Below, in pieces: positions 1-9,632 of a stretch of 10,604 nucleotides of DNA. Origin of the DNA: Tolypothrix carrinoi HA7290-LM1 (GTDB lineage: Bacteria > Cyanobacteriota > Cyanobacteriia > Cyanobacteriales > Nostocaceae). Location: positions 1 through 10,604 of the forward strand of contig JAHHIK010000177.1 of the NCBI GenBank assembly GCA_019358935.1, read 5' to 3'. The notes under the pieces are model-generated. The model saw nothing but the letters and a program-made list of their open reading frames with translations, ran no database searches and was not told where the DNA came from. Each line of letters starts with the position of its first letter. Within the stretch, counting starts at the first letter, position 1. The translations under genes were made by a program, and so were the position numbers.

Positions 1-124
1 CCTCTGGAGACATCGACCTCTGTTTGGGTGGGGAAACTCCTTTAAATAAGCCGAGTCGCGGAAAGAGGAAACCCAAGAAGTGATTCTTGGAATCCCCGTG
101 TCTTCAGACCGGGGAGGATGTCAA
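1..124 (+). mobile_element. Right end of an IS200/IS605-family (tnpB-carrying) insertion sequence, truncated by the window start
   Basis: GAAT (90-93) overlaps the base of an imperfect hairpin TCCCCG-[T bulge]-GTCT-TC-AGAC-CGGGGA (93-115), followed by GGATG and TCAA (121-124). This matches the IS608-type right-end layout (guide GAAT, subterminal hairpin, cleavage site TCAA). An identical inverted copy lies at the window end. Confidence 0.88.
3..83 (+). CDS. tnpB: 3' end of RNA-guided endonuclease TnpB (partial)
   Basis: Frame from position 3 reads SGDIDLCLGGETPLNKPSRGKRKPKK* (TGA 81-83). This basic tail resembles C-termini I recall from cyanobacterial IS605-group TnpB proteins and ends just before the right-end hairpin. 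No catalytic domain is visible in the window. Confidence 0.7.
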   Translation, partial: SGDIDLCLGGETPLNKPSRGKRKPKK

Positions 125-196
125 AAAGCAGGACTTGCATTCCTGGATGGCTTCTGTGCAGATGAAGACTAGAAATTAGAGCAGATTTATGAACTG

Positions 197-258
197 AGCG
201 ATCGCCGCACTTGTCGAACTACAGCCTGACAATACCCCGATTCAGTGCGGCGATCGCT
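197..258. repeat. Perfect 15-bp inverted repeat, each arm containing HIP1, with a 32-nt spacer
   Basis: AGCGATCGCCGCACT (197-211) / AGTGCGGCGATCGCT (244-258). Confidence 0.85.
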
Positions 259-284
259 GCTTGTGTGCGGTTCCGAAAGCCTTG
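219..284 (-). pseudogene. Probable remnant of a LuxR/NarL-type HTH regulator C-terminus
   Basis: Minus strand reads QGFRNRTQAAIAALNRGIVRL* (TAG 221-219), resembling the LuxR terminal helix (..GVxNRTQAAxxAxxxG(I/L)V). An in-frame TGA lies immediately upstream (287-285) and there is no start codon. Confidence 0.45.
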
Positions 285-333
285 TCATAAGCAGCCCAAA
301 CCGCCGCTTGTGACTTCTCTGTGCATCTGTGCG

Positions 334-358
334 ATTCAAGAATGCGTTAGTCTTGAAT
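334..358 (-). terminator. Hairpin directly after the bioF stop codon (possible terminator)
   Basis: ATTCAAGA (334-341) / TCTTGAAT (351-358). AT-rich stem with no clear U-tract. Confidence 0.35.
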
Positions 359-1527
359 TAATCACTATATATATAGATACTCGAAAGCGCTTCCACCAAC
401 TTCTGAATATGCACTGATTCATGCGTTGCCATCACAGATATGCGGATGCGACTGGTGGGAACTGTTGGGGGACGAATCGCTGGGGCAAAAATGCCAGATG
501 CTTTAAGTTGCTTTCCCGCTTCTAAGGCAGCTTTTGCACTTGGCAATTGAAAACATAATATAGGCGATTCTTGCTGCACTAATTTCAAGTTGGGCAATTG
601 TATCAACTTTTTCAACTCATCGACATTCGCCCATAATTGGTTGCGGCGTTGCGGTTCAAGTTGTACAATCTTGATTGCTGCTAACGCTGCTGCGGTGTCT
701 GCGGGGGAAAGCGCGGTGGTGTAAATCCAACTGGGGGCGCGATTTCGCAAAAAGTCGATTAAAGTGGCACTGCCGGCGACATACCCCCCTAAACTACCTA
801 AAGCTTTACTCAAAGTGCCAATTTGAATTAATTGCTTTCCGCTACACCCGAAATGTTCCACACAGCCGGCACCAGTTTTACCCATCACCCCTGTGGCATG
901 AGCTTCATCAACTAGCAGCATACTGCTAAATTCTTCAGCTAAATTTAACAGTGTGGGTAATGGACATAAATCCCCATCCATGCTGAAGACGCTATCAGTG
1001 ATAATTAAACAGCGTCGGTAGTTTTGCCGCTGATTCAGCAAATTTTTTAAAGCTGTTACATCGCAGTGCGGATATTCGATAACCGTCGCACCACTGAGAA
1101 TCGCTCCATTTTTCAAGCTGGAGTGATTGTACTCGTCAGAAAGTATTAGATCGCGTTTGCCTACTAAAGCGGTTATGGTTCCTAAATTTGCTAAATAGCC
1201 AGAACTGAATACTAGGGCATCTTCTGTTTGTTTGAGAGAGGCGATCGCTTGCTCCAACTCTCTGTGCAATTCTCGATGCCCGCTGAGTAATCTCGAACCA
1301 GTGCTTCCCGTCCCAAATTGTTTGGTAGCTGCAACCCCAGCTTCAATTAAGCGATCGTCCCCCGCTAATCCCAAATAATCGTTACTGGCAAAATTAATTA
1401 CCTCTCGACCATCCACAATCACCATCGCACCAGGGCGACCGTGGATGGTTTGTACTGAACGATACCAGTCCGCCCGGTGAATCGTTGCCAGGGATTCGTT
1501 TATCCAAGCATAAGGGTTTGGGAGCAT
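358..1527 (-). CDS. bioF: 8-amino-7-oxononanoate synthase (PLP-dependent, biotin synthesis), 389 aa
   Basis: Motifs [58 protein letters not shown] (PLP lysine) and AIRPPTVP. Start reassigned to the ATG at 1527 (MLPNPYAW) because the ORF-track extension is translated tandem repeat. Confidence 0.95.
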   Translation of the reverse strand: MLPNPYAWINESLATIHRADWYRSVQTIHGRPGAMVIVDGREVINFASNDYLGLAGDDRLIEAGVAATKQFGTGSTGSRLLSGHRELHRELEQAIASLKQTEDALVFSSGYLANLGTITALVGKRDLILSDEYNHSSLKNGAILSGATVIEYPHCDVTALKNLLNQRQNYRRCLIITDSVFSMDGDLCPLPTLLNLAEEFSSMLLVDEAHATGVMGKTGAGCVEHFGCSGKQLIQIGTLSKALGSLGGYVAGSATLIDFLRNRAPSWIYTTALSPADTAAALAAIKIVQLEPQRRNQLWANVDELKKLIQLPNLKLVQQESPILCFQLPSAKAALEAGKQLKASGIFAPAIRPPTVPTSRIRISVMATHESVHIQKLVEALSSIYIYSD

Positions 1528-1672
1528 GGGGGAGGGGGGAGTGGGGGAGTGGGGGAGGGGGGACAAGGGGACAAGGAGACAAGGGGGACAAGGGGGACAA
1601 GGGGGAGTACCAATTACCAATTACCAATTACCAATTACCAATTACCAATTACCAATTACCAATGCCCAATGA
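1528..1672 (+). repeat. Composite short tandem repeat filling the whole ruvA-bioF intergenic region
   Basis: GGGGGAG(T) units, then 5 GG(G/A)G(G)ACAA units (1557-1600), the linker GGGGGAGT (1601-1608), 7 perfect ACCAATT (1609-1657) and degenerate ACCAATG, CCCAATG. STRR-like repeats are typical of heterocystous cyanobacteria. Confidence 0.95.
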
Positions 1673-2311
1673 CTAATACTCAACTTGTTCGCTGCTAAGA
1701 AGTGCGATCGCTTGTTTGATCCAATCTTCTACATAAGCATCTTTTGGTAGTCCAATATCCTCACTTACTACGTGTAAAGCGTGACTGACTTCATGAGCAG
1801 TATATCCCAAGGCGAAGAGGGTCATTTGCACTTCTTCGAGAATATTTGGTGCGGGACCGCCTGTAGCTACGAAGAAGCCTGCTGATTTGCGCCATTCGAT
1901 TAATTTGCTTTTAAGTTCTAAACAGATGCGTTCTGCGGTCTTTTTGCCCACTCCCGGCGCTTGAATTAAGATTTGTATATTGGCAGCGATGATGGCTTGG
2001 ACTAATTCTGGTAATTCCAAAGTGTCTAATAAAGCGATCGCGCTTGCTGCCCCAATTCCACTTACAGTTAAAAAGTGGCGAAACAAATCTCTTTCGGATG
2101 GTGAAGCAAAGCCATATAGGAAAGGCACTTCTTCCCGAATTTGGTAATGGGTAAATATTTGTACCTCCCCTCCCGTTGCTGGTAACTGCTGTTCCAGTCG
2201 TTGGGGAATTTGTAAATCGTACCCGATGCCATTTACTTCTAGAGTCAGTATGACGCGATTCGCGCCACATTTTTGCACACCAGCAACCAAACCTTTTAGA
2301 TAGCTAATCAT
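1673..2311 (-). CDS. ruvA: Holliday junction branch migration protein RuvA, 212 aa
   Basis: MISYLKG start, [12 protein letters not shown], HhH motifs VSGIG and [17 protein letters not shown]-terminal LFALGY. The ATG at 2311 overlaps the upstream stop (TAATG). Confidence 0.96.
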   Translation of the reverse strand: MISYLKGLVAGVQKCGANRVILTLEVNGIGYDLQIPQRLEQQLPATGGEVQIFTHYQIREEVPFLYGFASPSERDLFRHFLTVSGIGAASAIALLDTLELPELVQAIIAANIQILIQAPGVGKKTAERICLELKSKLIEWRKSAGFFVATGGPAPNILEEVQMTLFALGYTAHEVSHALHVVSEDIGLPKDAYVEDWIKQAIALLSSEQVEY

Positions 2312-3057
2312 TAAATAAAACCAAAGTGTTTTAAGCCTTCGAGAATTCCACCTGCACAAAAGTTTTGTGCGAGGTAACGATAGTCAGCGGGATTTTCATT
2401 GTGCCATTGGAGTAATTCCGGACGGGCATTCCCAACGAGAATTCCTCTTTCGTTCCCCACGGCAAATAAAGCAATATCATTGCCAGAATCACCACAGACA
2501 ACCGTTTTCTCTGCTGCAATTCCCCACTTTTGGCGGAGAAATTGCATAGCCTGACCCTTATCGCTGTGGCGGGGCACGATGTCAAGGTCAACACCGCTGC
2601 TATAGATTAACTTTATATTTAAACCACATTTTGACAGATTTGTGTCAAGTAATGGTAAAATTTTATGTGCTGATTCTTCTTTGAGGAAAAAACTTATCTT
2701 AAAAGGACGCTGTTCTGAGTCTGGCTGCGGAACTAATTCCGGATATTTTGCAGTTTCAGCTAATACGAGGTCACGATTCCAGCCGTCGTCAAGTCGCTCT
2801 GACCAAGCAGAATCGGGAGTATCGCTGCCATCAAAATAAATTTCTGTTCCTACAGAAACGACCAAAGCATCTGGTTCTATCAGGTTTTGTTCAATTTGCA
2901 GTTCTCGATAAAGTATAGGCGATCGCCCTGTCGCATAAACAATTTTAGTACCATACTTTTGGCGATGTTCGCTCAGTGTTTGCTGAAGTTCTGTTAAGGC
3001 TTCGTCATTACCCACGAAGGTATTATCTAAGTCTGTTACAAAAAGAAATCTATCCAC
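2311..3057 (-). CDS. spp: Sucrose-phosphate phosphatase (HAD-IIB), 248 aa
   Basis: [10 protein letters not shown] (HAD motif I), [38 protein letters not shown] start with an AGAGG RBS upstream. Confidence 0.93.
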   Translation of the reverse strand: MDRFLFVTDLDNTFVGNDEALTELQQTLSEHRQKYGTKIVYATGRSPILYRELQIEQNLIEPDALVVSVGTEIYFDGSDTPDSAWSERLDDGWNRDLVLAETAKYPELVPQPDSEQRPFKISFFLKEESAHKILPLLDTNLSKCGLNIKLIYSSGVDLDIVPRHSDKGQAMQFLRQKWGIAAEKTVVCGDSGNDIALFAVGNERGILVGNARPELLQWHNENPADYRYLAQNFCAGGILEGLKHFGFI

Positions 3058-3177
3058 AGCTACCTCTTTGATGTTGCCTGCTTTACCATCAAAAAGTTTA
3101 TGTCCTTTTTGGTTTGTGCGATCTACTTAGCTAGATTTTTCCTAAAATATCCAATTAATTCAAAATGGCATAAACTA

Positions 3178-3206
3178 GTACAGACGTTCCGCTGGAACGT
3201 CTCTAC
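3178..3206. repeat. GTAG-type REP-like palindrome (Nostoc-type small dispersed repeat)
   Basis: GTACAGACGTTCC-GCT-GGAACGTCTCTAC: a 13-bp inverted repeat with one mismatch, ending in CTAC. Confidence 0.8.
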
Positions 3207-3250
3207 AAATATCAGGCAAAATAGTACTAAGTTACTATTAACTCGACCTA

Positions 3251-3283
3251 AAATAAAAAATAGGGTAAGCAATGCTTACCCTA
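3251..3283 (-). terminator. Rho-independent terminator for the hypothetical gene
   Basis: TAGGGTAAGCA-A-TGCTTACCCTA (3261-3283), followed on the minus strand by TTTTTTATTT, about 40 nt after the stop codon. Confidence 0.7.
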
Positions 3284-3324
3284 GATTCAAAAATTCAGCA
3301 ACACTTAAAATTAGACAAACTTAA

Positions 3325-3693
3325 CTACTGAGAAGTTTCGCGTTTTACTTTTTCAATGTTTGCATCGTAATCTCCACGTTGCGCTTTATTGCGAGCGAGT
3401 TCTTGTTCAATTTCGCTACGTTCGTAGTCTTTTGCCCCAAAAGAGCGTTTTTGCGGTTCGTTGGTTAATTCTGAGGCAAAGCGCTTCAGCATTTCCCCAG
3501 GATTTTTTTGCTTACTTCCAGTTCCCAAATCCTTGGGAATGACTTCTGCTGCACGCTTACCGCTCTCGACATAATCATCATCGCCTACGGCTTGAGCGGA
3601 GGCTGGTAAGCTAGTTAACAAGATTAAACCAGCTAAGAAAGCGATCGCGATTGTGCGACGCAATTGATTAAATATTCTGTTGAATGCCAACAT
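3325..3693 (-). CDS. Hypothetical exported protein, 122 aa
   Basis: ATG at 3693 with GGAGG upstream. Signal-peptide-like N-terminus (LRRTIAIAFLAGLILLTSLPASAQA), then a highly charged hydrophilic region. Has its own terminator. Confidence 0.8.
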   Translation of the reverse strand: MLAFNRIFNQLRRTIAIAFLAGLILLTSLPASAQAVGDDDYVESGKRAAEVIPKDLGTGSKQKNPGEMLKRFASELTNEPQKRSFGAKDYERSEIEQELARNKAQRGDYDANIEKVKRETSQ

Positions 3694-3797
3694 TCGGGAA
3701 TTTCCCTCCAATTTTTCTGCCAAATGCCTGAATGTTACGAAATTCTCATCTATTTAGCGTCTTCCTCTGGTTAGGTTACATATCTATATCAAAAGTA

Positions 3798-3997
3798 AGG
3801 GGAAGGGGAGAGGGGGACAAGGGGGACAAGGGGGACAAGGGGACAAGGGGGACAAGGGGGACAAGGGGGACAAGGGGACAAGGGGGACAAGGGGGCACTT
3901 TGCAGGGGGCAGGGGGAGTTTGCCTCCTCGTCTTCCTTGTCTTCCCCATCTCCCTTGTCTCCCTTGTCTCCCTTGTCTCCCCATTCCCCATTCCCCC
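3798..3997. repeat. Convergent tandem arrays: (GGGG[G]ACAA)x9 facing (TCCCTTGTC)-type units and CCCCATT heptamers
   Basis: Nine 8/9-mer units at 3812-3890, about 5 opposite-strand variants at ~3928-3980, and CCCCATT x2 next to the aldolase stop. Confidence 0.93.
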
Positions 3998-5079
3998 TAA
4001 GCTATTGTCACATCTTTCGACAAATAAACATCTTGAATCGCGTGAAACAGCTTCACACCTTCGTCAAAAGGACGCTGGAATGTCTTGCGTCCAGAAATTA
4101 AACCAGTACCACCGGCACGTTTATTAATTACAGCAGTGCGAACCGCTTCCGCAAAGTCGCTTTTACCAGACGCACCACCAGAATTAATCAATCCTGCACG
4201 TCCGCAGTAGCAATTTAATACCTGGTAACGAGTCAAATCGATGGGGTGGTCGGTTGTCAAGTCTGTGTAAACTCTTTCATTGGTTTTACCGTAACTTTCA
4301 CCTGTGGCTTTGGCAACGGCTCCGTAACCGTTGTTAATTTCCGGTAACTTTTGTTTGATGATGTCAGCTTCAATCGTGACACCCAAATGATTCGCTTGTC
4401 CGGTGAGGTCAGCGGCAAGGTGATAATCTTTATCTTGTTTAAAAGCGTTATTACGCAGATAACACCAGAGAATTGTTACCATCCCCAATTCATGAGCGCG
4501 TTTAAAAGCGTGGCTAACTTCTTGAATTTGCCTGGTGGATTGTTCTGAACCAAAATAAATTGTCGCACCCACCGCAGCTGCACCCAAATTCCAAGCTTGT
4601 TCGACATCACCAAACATAACTTGGTCGAATTGATTCGGGAAAGTTAACAATTCGTTGTGGTTGAGTTTGACGATAAAAGGAATTTTGTGAGCGTATTTGC
4701 GAGAAACGCTGCCCAATACTCCTAAAGTGGTAGCGACTGCGTTACATTCAGCAGCGATCGCTAACTTGACAATATTTTCGGAATCGAAGTACATCGGGTT
4801 CGGTGCAAAAGATGCGCCGGCAGAGTGTTCGATACCTTGGTCTACTGGTAAAATAGACAGATAACCGGTATTCGCCAAACGACCTGTAGAATATAAAAGT
4901 TGCAGATTACGCAAAACTTGGGGATTGCGATCGCTGTTAATCCAAACTCGATCTACAAAGTCCGGTCCTGGTAAATGCAATAAATCTGACGAAACCTTTG
5001 CTTTAAATGTAAGCAGGTCTTCTGCTTCTTTACCTAGCAACGATTCGATAGAATTAGGCGCCGATAGCGTTGAAGTCAT
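3997..5079 (-). CDS. fbaB: Class I fructose-bisphosphate aldolase (DhnA/FbaB type), 360 aa
   Basis: [53 protein letters not shown] (Schiff-base lysine), GLINSGG, GLISGRK. Confidence 0.96.
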   Translation of the reverse strand: MTSTLSAPNSIESLLGKEAEDLLTFKAKVSSDLLHLPGPDFVDRVWINSDRNPQVLRNLQLLYSTGRLANTGYLSILPVDQGIEHSAGASFAPNPMYFDSENIVKLAIAAECNAVATTLGVLGSVSRKYAHKIPFIVKLNHNELLTFPNQFDQVMFGDVEQAWNLGAAAVGATIYFGSEQSTRQIQEVSHAFKRAHELGMVTILWCYLRNNAFKQDKDYHLAADLTGQANHLGVTIEADIIKQKLPEINNGYGAVAKATGESYGKTNERVYTDLTTDHPIDLTRYQVLNCYCGRAGLINSGGASGKSDFAEAVRTAVINKRAGGTGLISGRKTFQRPFDEGVKLFHAIQDVYLSKDVTIA

Positions 5080-5179
5080 AGCTACGATCTGAAAACTTCT
5101 GTTTTTATGGTCGCTATGTTCAGCCTAACGTGTGTCTCTCTTCAGACAGAGTATAATTATTTTGACTTTGATGCAACGC

Positions 5180-7060
<1,881 letters not shown>

Positions 7061-7148
7061 TATACACTCCTTTAAGATAAATAAAAAAGTATTAAATCCT
7101 TAACTATTTGTTCTTTACAAATCTATGCAAAATTTAAGTAAAATCAAG

Positions 7149-7227
7149 GTAGGGTGCGTTAGGGAACCGTAACGCACCTTCCTCCTTAATTACGGTGCGT
7201 TAAGGCGTTCCGCCTAACACACCCTAC
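7149..7227. repeat. Inverted doublet of GTAG-family REP elements (REPIN-like)
   Basis: GTAGGGTGCGTTAGGGAACCGTAACGCACC (7149-7178), a 15-nt spacer, then GGTGCGTTAAGGCGTTCCGCCTAACACACCCTAC (7194-7227). Each unit is a hairpin and the two units are mutually inverted. Confidence 0.85.
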
Positions 7228-7367
7228 ATCTTCTGAGTAGTAAATTGTATTTTTTGGGATTTGTTTTGAAATTTACTCCATAAGTAATAGATAAGCAAAT
7301 ACCATTAGATAGATGCGGTAAGTTTTGATTCATGATAAAGTAAATAAATTTCTGTGCCTCAAGTTTT

Positions 7368-9605
7368 ATGCTGCCTAAACCCAAAAAGCGTTGGACACCT
7401 TCACACTGGGCTAGCTGGAAGCCCTTCGGTATTGGCGAACAATACCCCAACAACTATTGGGAGGTATTTCGGGCAATTTGGCTGTCACGGCACAAACTCC
7501 CTTATGCGTGGAATATCTTAAATAAGGGTGTTTGCGATGGTTGCGCTTTGGGCACAACCGGGATGAAAGATTGGACTGTAGAGGGAATTCATGTCTGCAA
7601 TGTTCGCTTGCGGTTGTTGCAGATGAATACTATGTCAGCTTTAAATCCCGATTTGCTGCAAGATGTTGGGCAATTGCAAACTAAAAAAAGTGCCGAATTG
7701 CGGGAGTTGGGAAGGCTTCCTTATCCAATGATTCGCCGACGCGGGGAAAAAGGCTTTAATAGAGTTAGCTGGGATGAAGCACTAAAAGTTATTGGTAGTA
7801 AAATTAAGGCGACAACAAGCGATCGCCTCAGTTTCTATATTACCAGTCGCGGCACTGTTAATGAAACTTATTACGCTACCCAAAAAGCTGTCCGGGCGAT
7901 GGGGTGCAATAATATTGATAACGCTGCCCGGATTTGTCATTCTCCCAGCACGGCAGGACTGAAAGCAACTCTTGGTGCAGCAGCTACTACTTGTTCTTAT
8001 AAAGACTGGATTGGCACTGATTTGTTAGTCTTTATAGGTTCCAATGTTGCGAACAATCAGCCTGTCACCGTCAAATATCTTCACAATGCCAAGAAAGCCG
8101 GCACAAAAATCGTGGTAATTAACACTTACCGCGAACCGGGGATGGAGCGCTACTGGGTGCCTTCAATTGTCGAAAGCGCGATTTTTGGGACAAAGTTCGC
8201 CGAAGATTTCTTTTTGGTGAACATGGGCGGAGATATGGCATTTTTACATGGTACAATCAAGCAGATGATTGCTCATGACTGGATAGATCGGTCTTTTATA
8301 GAAAAGCACACAGCAAACTTTGAAGAACTAAAAGCCTTTCTAGAAACTCAATCTTGGGAAGAGTTAGAGCGACTTTCTGGAAGCACCCAAGATGAAATGT
8401 ACGCCTTTGCGAAAATGGTTGGCGAAGCTGATAAAGCTGTCTTTGTCTGGAGTATGGGCATTACACAGCATTCTGGCGGTGAAGACAATGTACGTGCCAT
8501 CATCAATTTAGCTCTCACTAAAGGTTTTGTCGGTCGCGAAGGTTGCGGTTTAATGCCAATTCGCGGTCATTCTGGGGTGCAAGGTGGTGCAGAGATGGGA
8601 TGTTACGCTACGGTGTTTCCCGGTGGAAAGGAAATCAACCCAGAAAATGCAACTAAGTTAAGTCAACTTTGGGGATTTGAAGTACCCGCTACCAAAGGTT
8701 TAATTGCTCCAGAAATGATTGATGCAGCATTCGATGGGCAATTAAATGTATTATTTTCGGTGGGTGGCAATTTTCTGGAAGTCTTGCCAGAACCCGATTA
8801 TGTGGAAGATGCACTTCAGCGCGTGCCGTTGCGAGTGCATATGGACATCGTTTTGTCAAGTCAAATGCTTGTGGAACCCGCAGATACGGTAGTGCTGTTA
8901 CCCGCAACGACTCGCTATGAAGTACCTGGGGGAGTAACTGAAACTAGCACCGAACGCAGAATTATTTTCAGTCCAGAAATTCCCGGTTCCCGTATTGGTG
9001 AAGCACGTCCGGAGTGGGAAGTATTTACGGAGTTAGCAAAACGGGTGCGTCCTGATTTGAAACTGCATTTTGATGATACAATAGCTATCCGCCAAGAAAT
9101 TGCTCAAGTAGTTCCACAGTATGCTGGTATTCAACATCTGAAGGAAGCTGGCGACCAATTTCAATATGGTGGTTCGCATTTGTGCTTTGGCTGGAATTTC
9201 CCCACAAAAGATGGAAAAGCACACTTTGCGGTAATGTCGCATCGAGAAAGAAAATTACCAGAGGGTTGTTTTTTGGTATCGACACGCCGAGGTAAACAAT
9301 TTAATAGTATGGTACAAGAACGCAAGGATGCAATTACCGGCGCAATGCGAGAAGCGGTGTTGATAAGTCGCGAAGATGCTGATAAATTAAAGTTGAAAAA
9401 TGGCGATGCTGTTATTTTGAAGAATGAACTTGGTACTTTTTCGGGTAAGGTGTATATTGCACCAATTAATCCCGGAAATTTGCAGATTCACTGGCCCGAG
9501 GGGAATATATTATTGGATAGAAGTAAGCGATCGCTTGAAGGAGTCCCTGATTACAATGCTGTAGTTAGTTTAGAAAGCTTTGAATCTCTCAAACAGCTAA
9601 ACTAA
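7368..9605 (+). CDS. FdhF/YdeP-family molybdopterin oxidoreductase, 745 aa
   Basis: CDGC..HVC N-terminal cysteine motif, FYITSR, NNIDNAARICHSPS, WSMGITQH, PIRGHSGVQG, C-terminal molydopterin-binding STRRGKQFNS and PDYNA. Confidence 0.92.
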   Translation: MLPKPKKRWTPSHWASWKPFGIGEQYPNNYWEVFRAIWLSRHKLPYAWNILNKGVCDGCALGTTGMKDWTVEGIHVCNVRLRLLQMNTMSALNPDLLQDVGQLQTKKSAELRELGRLPYPMIRRRGEKGFNRVSWDEALKVIGSKIKATTSDRLSFYITSRGTVNETYYATQKAVRAMGCNNIDNAARICHSPSTAGLKATLGAAATTCSYKDWIGTDLLVFIGSNVANNQPVTVKYLHNAKKAGTKIVVINTYREPGMERYWVPSIVESAIFGTKFAEDFFLVNMGGDMAFLHGTIKQMIAHDWIDRSFIEKHTANFEELKAFLETQSWEELERLSGSTQDEMYAFAKMVGEADKAVFVWSMGITQHSGGEDNVRAIINLALTKGFVGREGCGLMPIRGHSGVQGGAEMGCYATVFPGGKEINPENATKLSQLWGFEVPATKGLIAPEMIDAAFDGQLNVLFSVGGNFLEVLPEPDYVEDALQRVPLRVHMDIVLSSQMLVEPADTVVLLPATTRYEVPGGVTETSTERRIIFSPEIPGSRIGEARPEWEVFTELAKRVRPDLKLHFDDTIAIRQEIAQVVPQYAGIQHLKEAGDQFQYGGSHLCFGWNFPTKDGKAHFAVMSHRERKLPEGCFLVSTRRGKQFNSMVQERKDAITGAMREAVLISREDADKLKLKNGDAVILKNELGTFSGKVYIAPINPGNLQIHWPEGNILLDRSKRSLEGVPDYNAVVSLESFESLKQLN

Positions 9606-9632
9606 AGTTATATTACCCAACTTATTGCAGTT

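Larger units (their letters stand above)
1..144 (+). ncRNA. Putative TnpB omegaRNA (reRNA): 3' part of scaffold plus flank-derived guide (~125-144)
   Basis: Nested stems CCTCT(1-5)/AGAGG(64-68) and CGAC(14-17)/GTCG(55-58), a GGG-GAAA-CTC hairpin (30-39), a CCAAGAA-GTGA-TTCTTGG GNRA hairpin (73-90) and the right-end hairpin (93-115). TnpB omegaRNAs are known to overlap the tnpB 3' end and run about 16-20 nt into the flank. Exact ends are inferred. Confidence 0.65.

Noticed and set aside
125..144. Second target site for either omegaRNA guide inside the window
   Set aside because: I saw no additional match by eye. A genome-wide search would be needed to exclude targets elsewhere.
125..176. Left IS copy interrupting a plus-strand gene (short tails such as KAGLAFLDGFCADED*)
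   Set aside because: All frames close within about 17 codons, too short to distinguish from chance without a database search.
211..417. 68-aa plus-strand ORF (and the 68-aa ORF at 10358-10564)
   Set aside because: No recognisable motifs. They run antisense to better-supported frames, and the second crosses the IS boundary.
1394..1698. Short ORFs with GTR/GDK/PLSPL/ITNYQLP repeats and the 31-aa N-terminal extension of bioF
   Set aside because: These are translations of non-coding 9-mer and 7-mer repeats that are open in several frames on both strands.
2312..2359. 16-aa N-terminal extension of RuvA in the ORF track
   Set aside because: It overlaps the spp 3' end. MISYLKG is the typical RuvA start and gives a TAATG coupling.
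3732..4127. Collagen-like or Gly-rich ORFs (131, 71 and 66 aa)
   Set aside because: They arise from the GGGGGACAA array, and the longest runs antisense into fbaB.
7061..7367. NtcA box (GTA-N8-TAC) in the divergent intergenic region
   Set aside because: I found no correctly spaced match. The prominent GTA/TAC motifs belong to the REP doublet.
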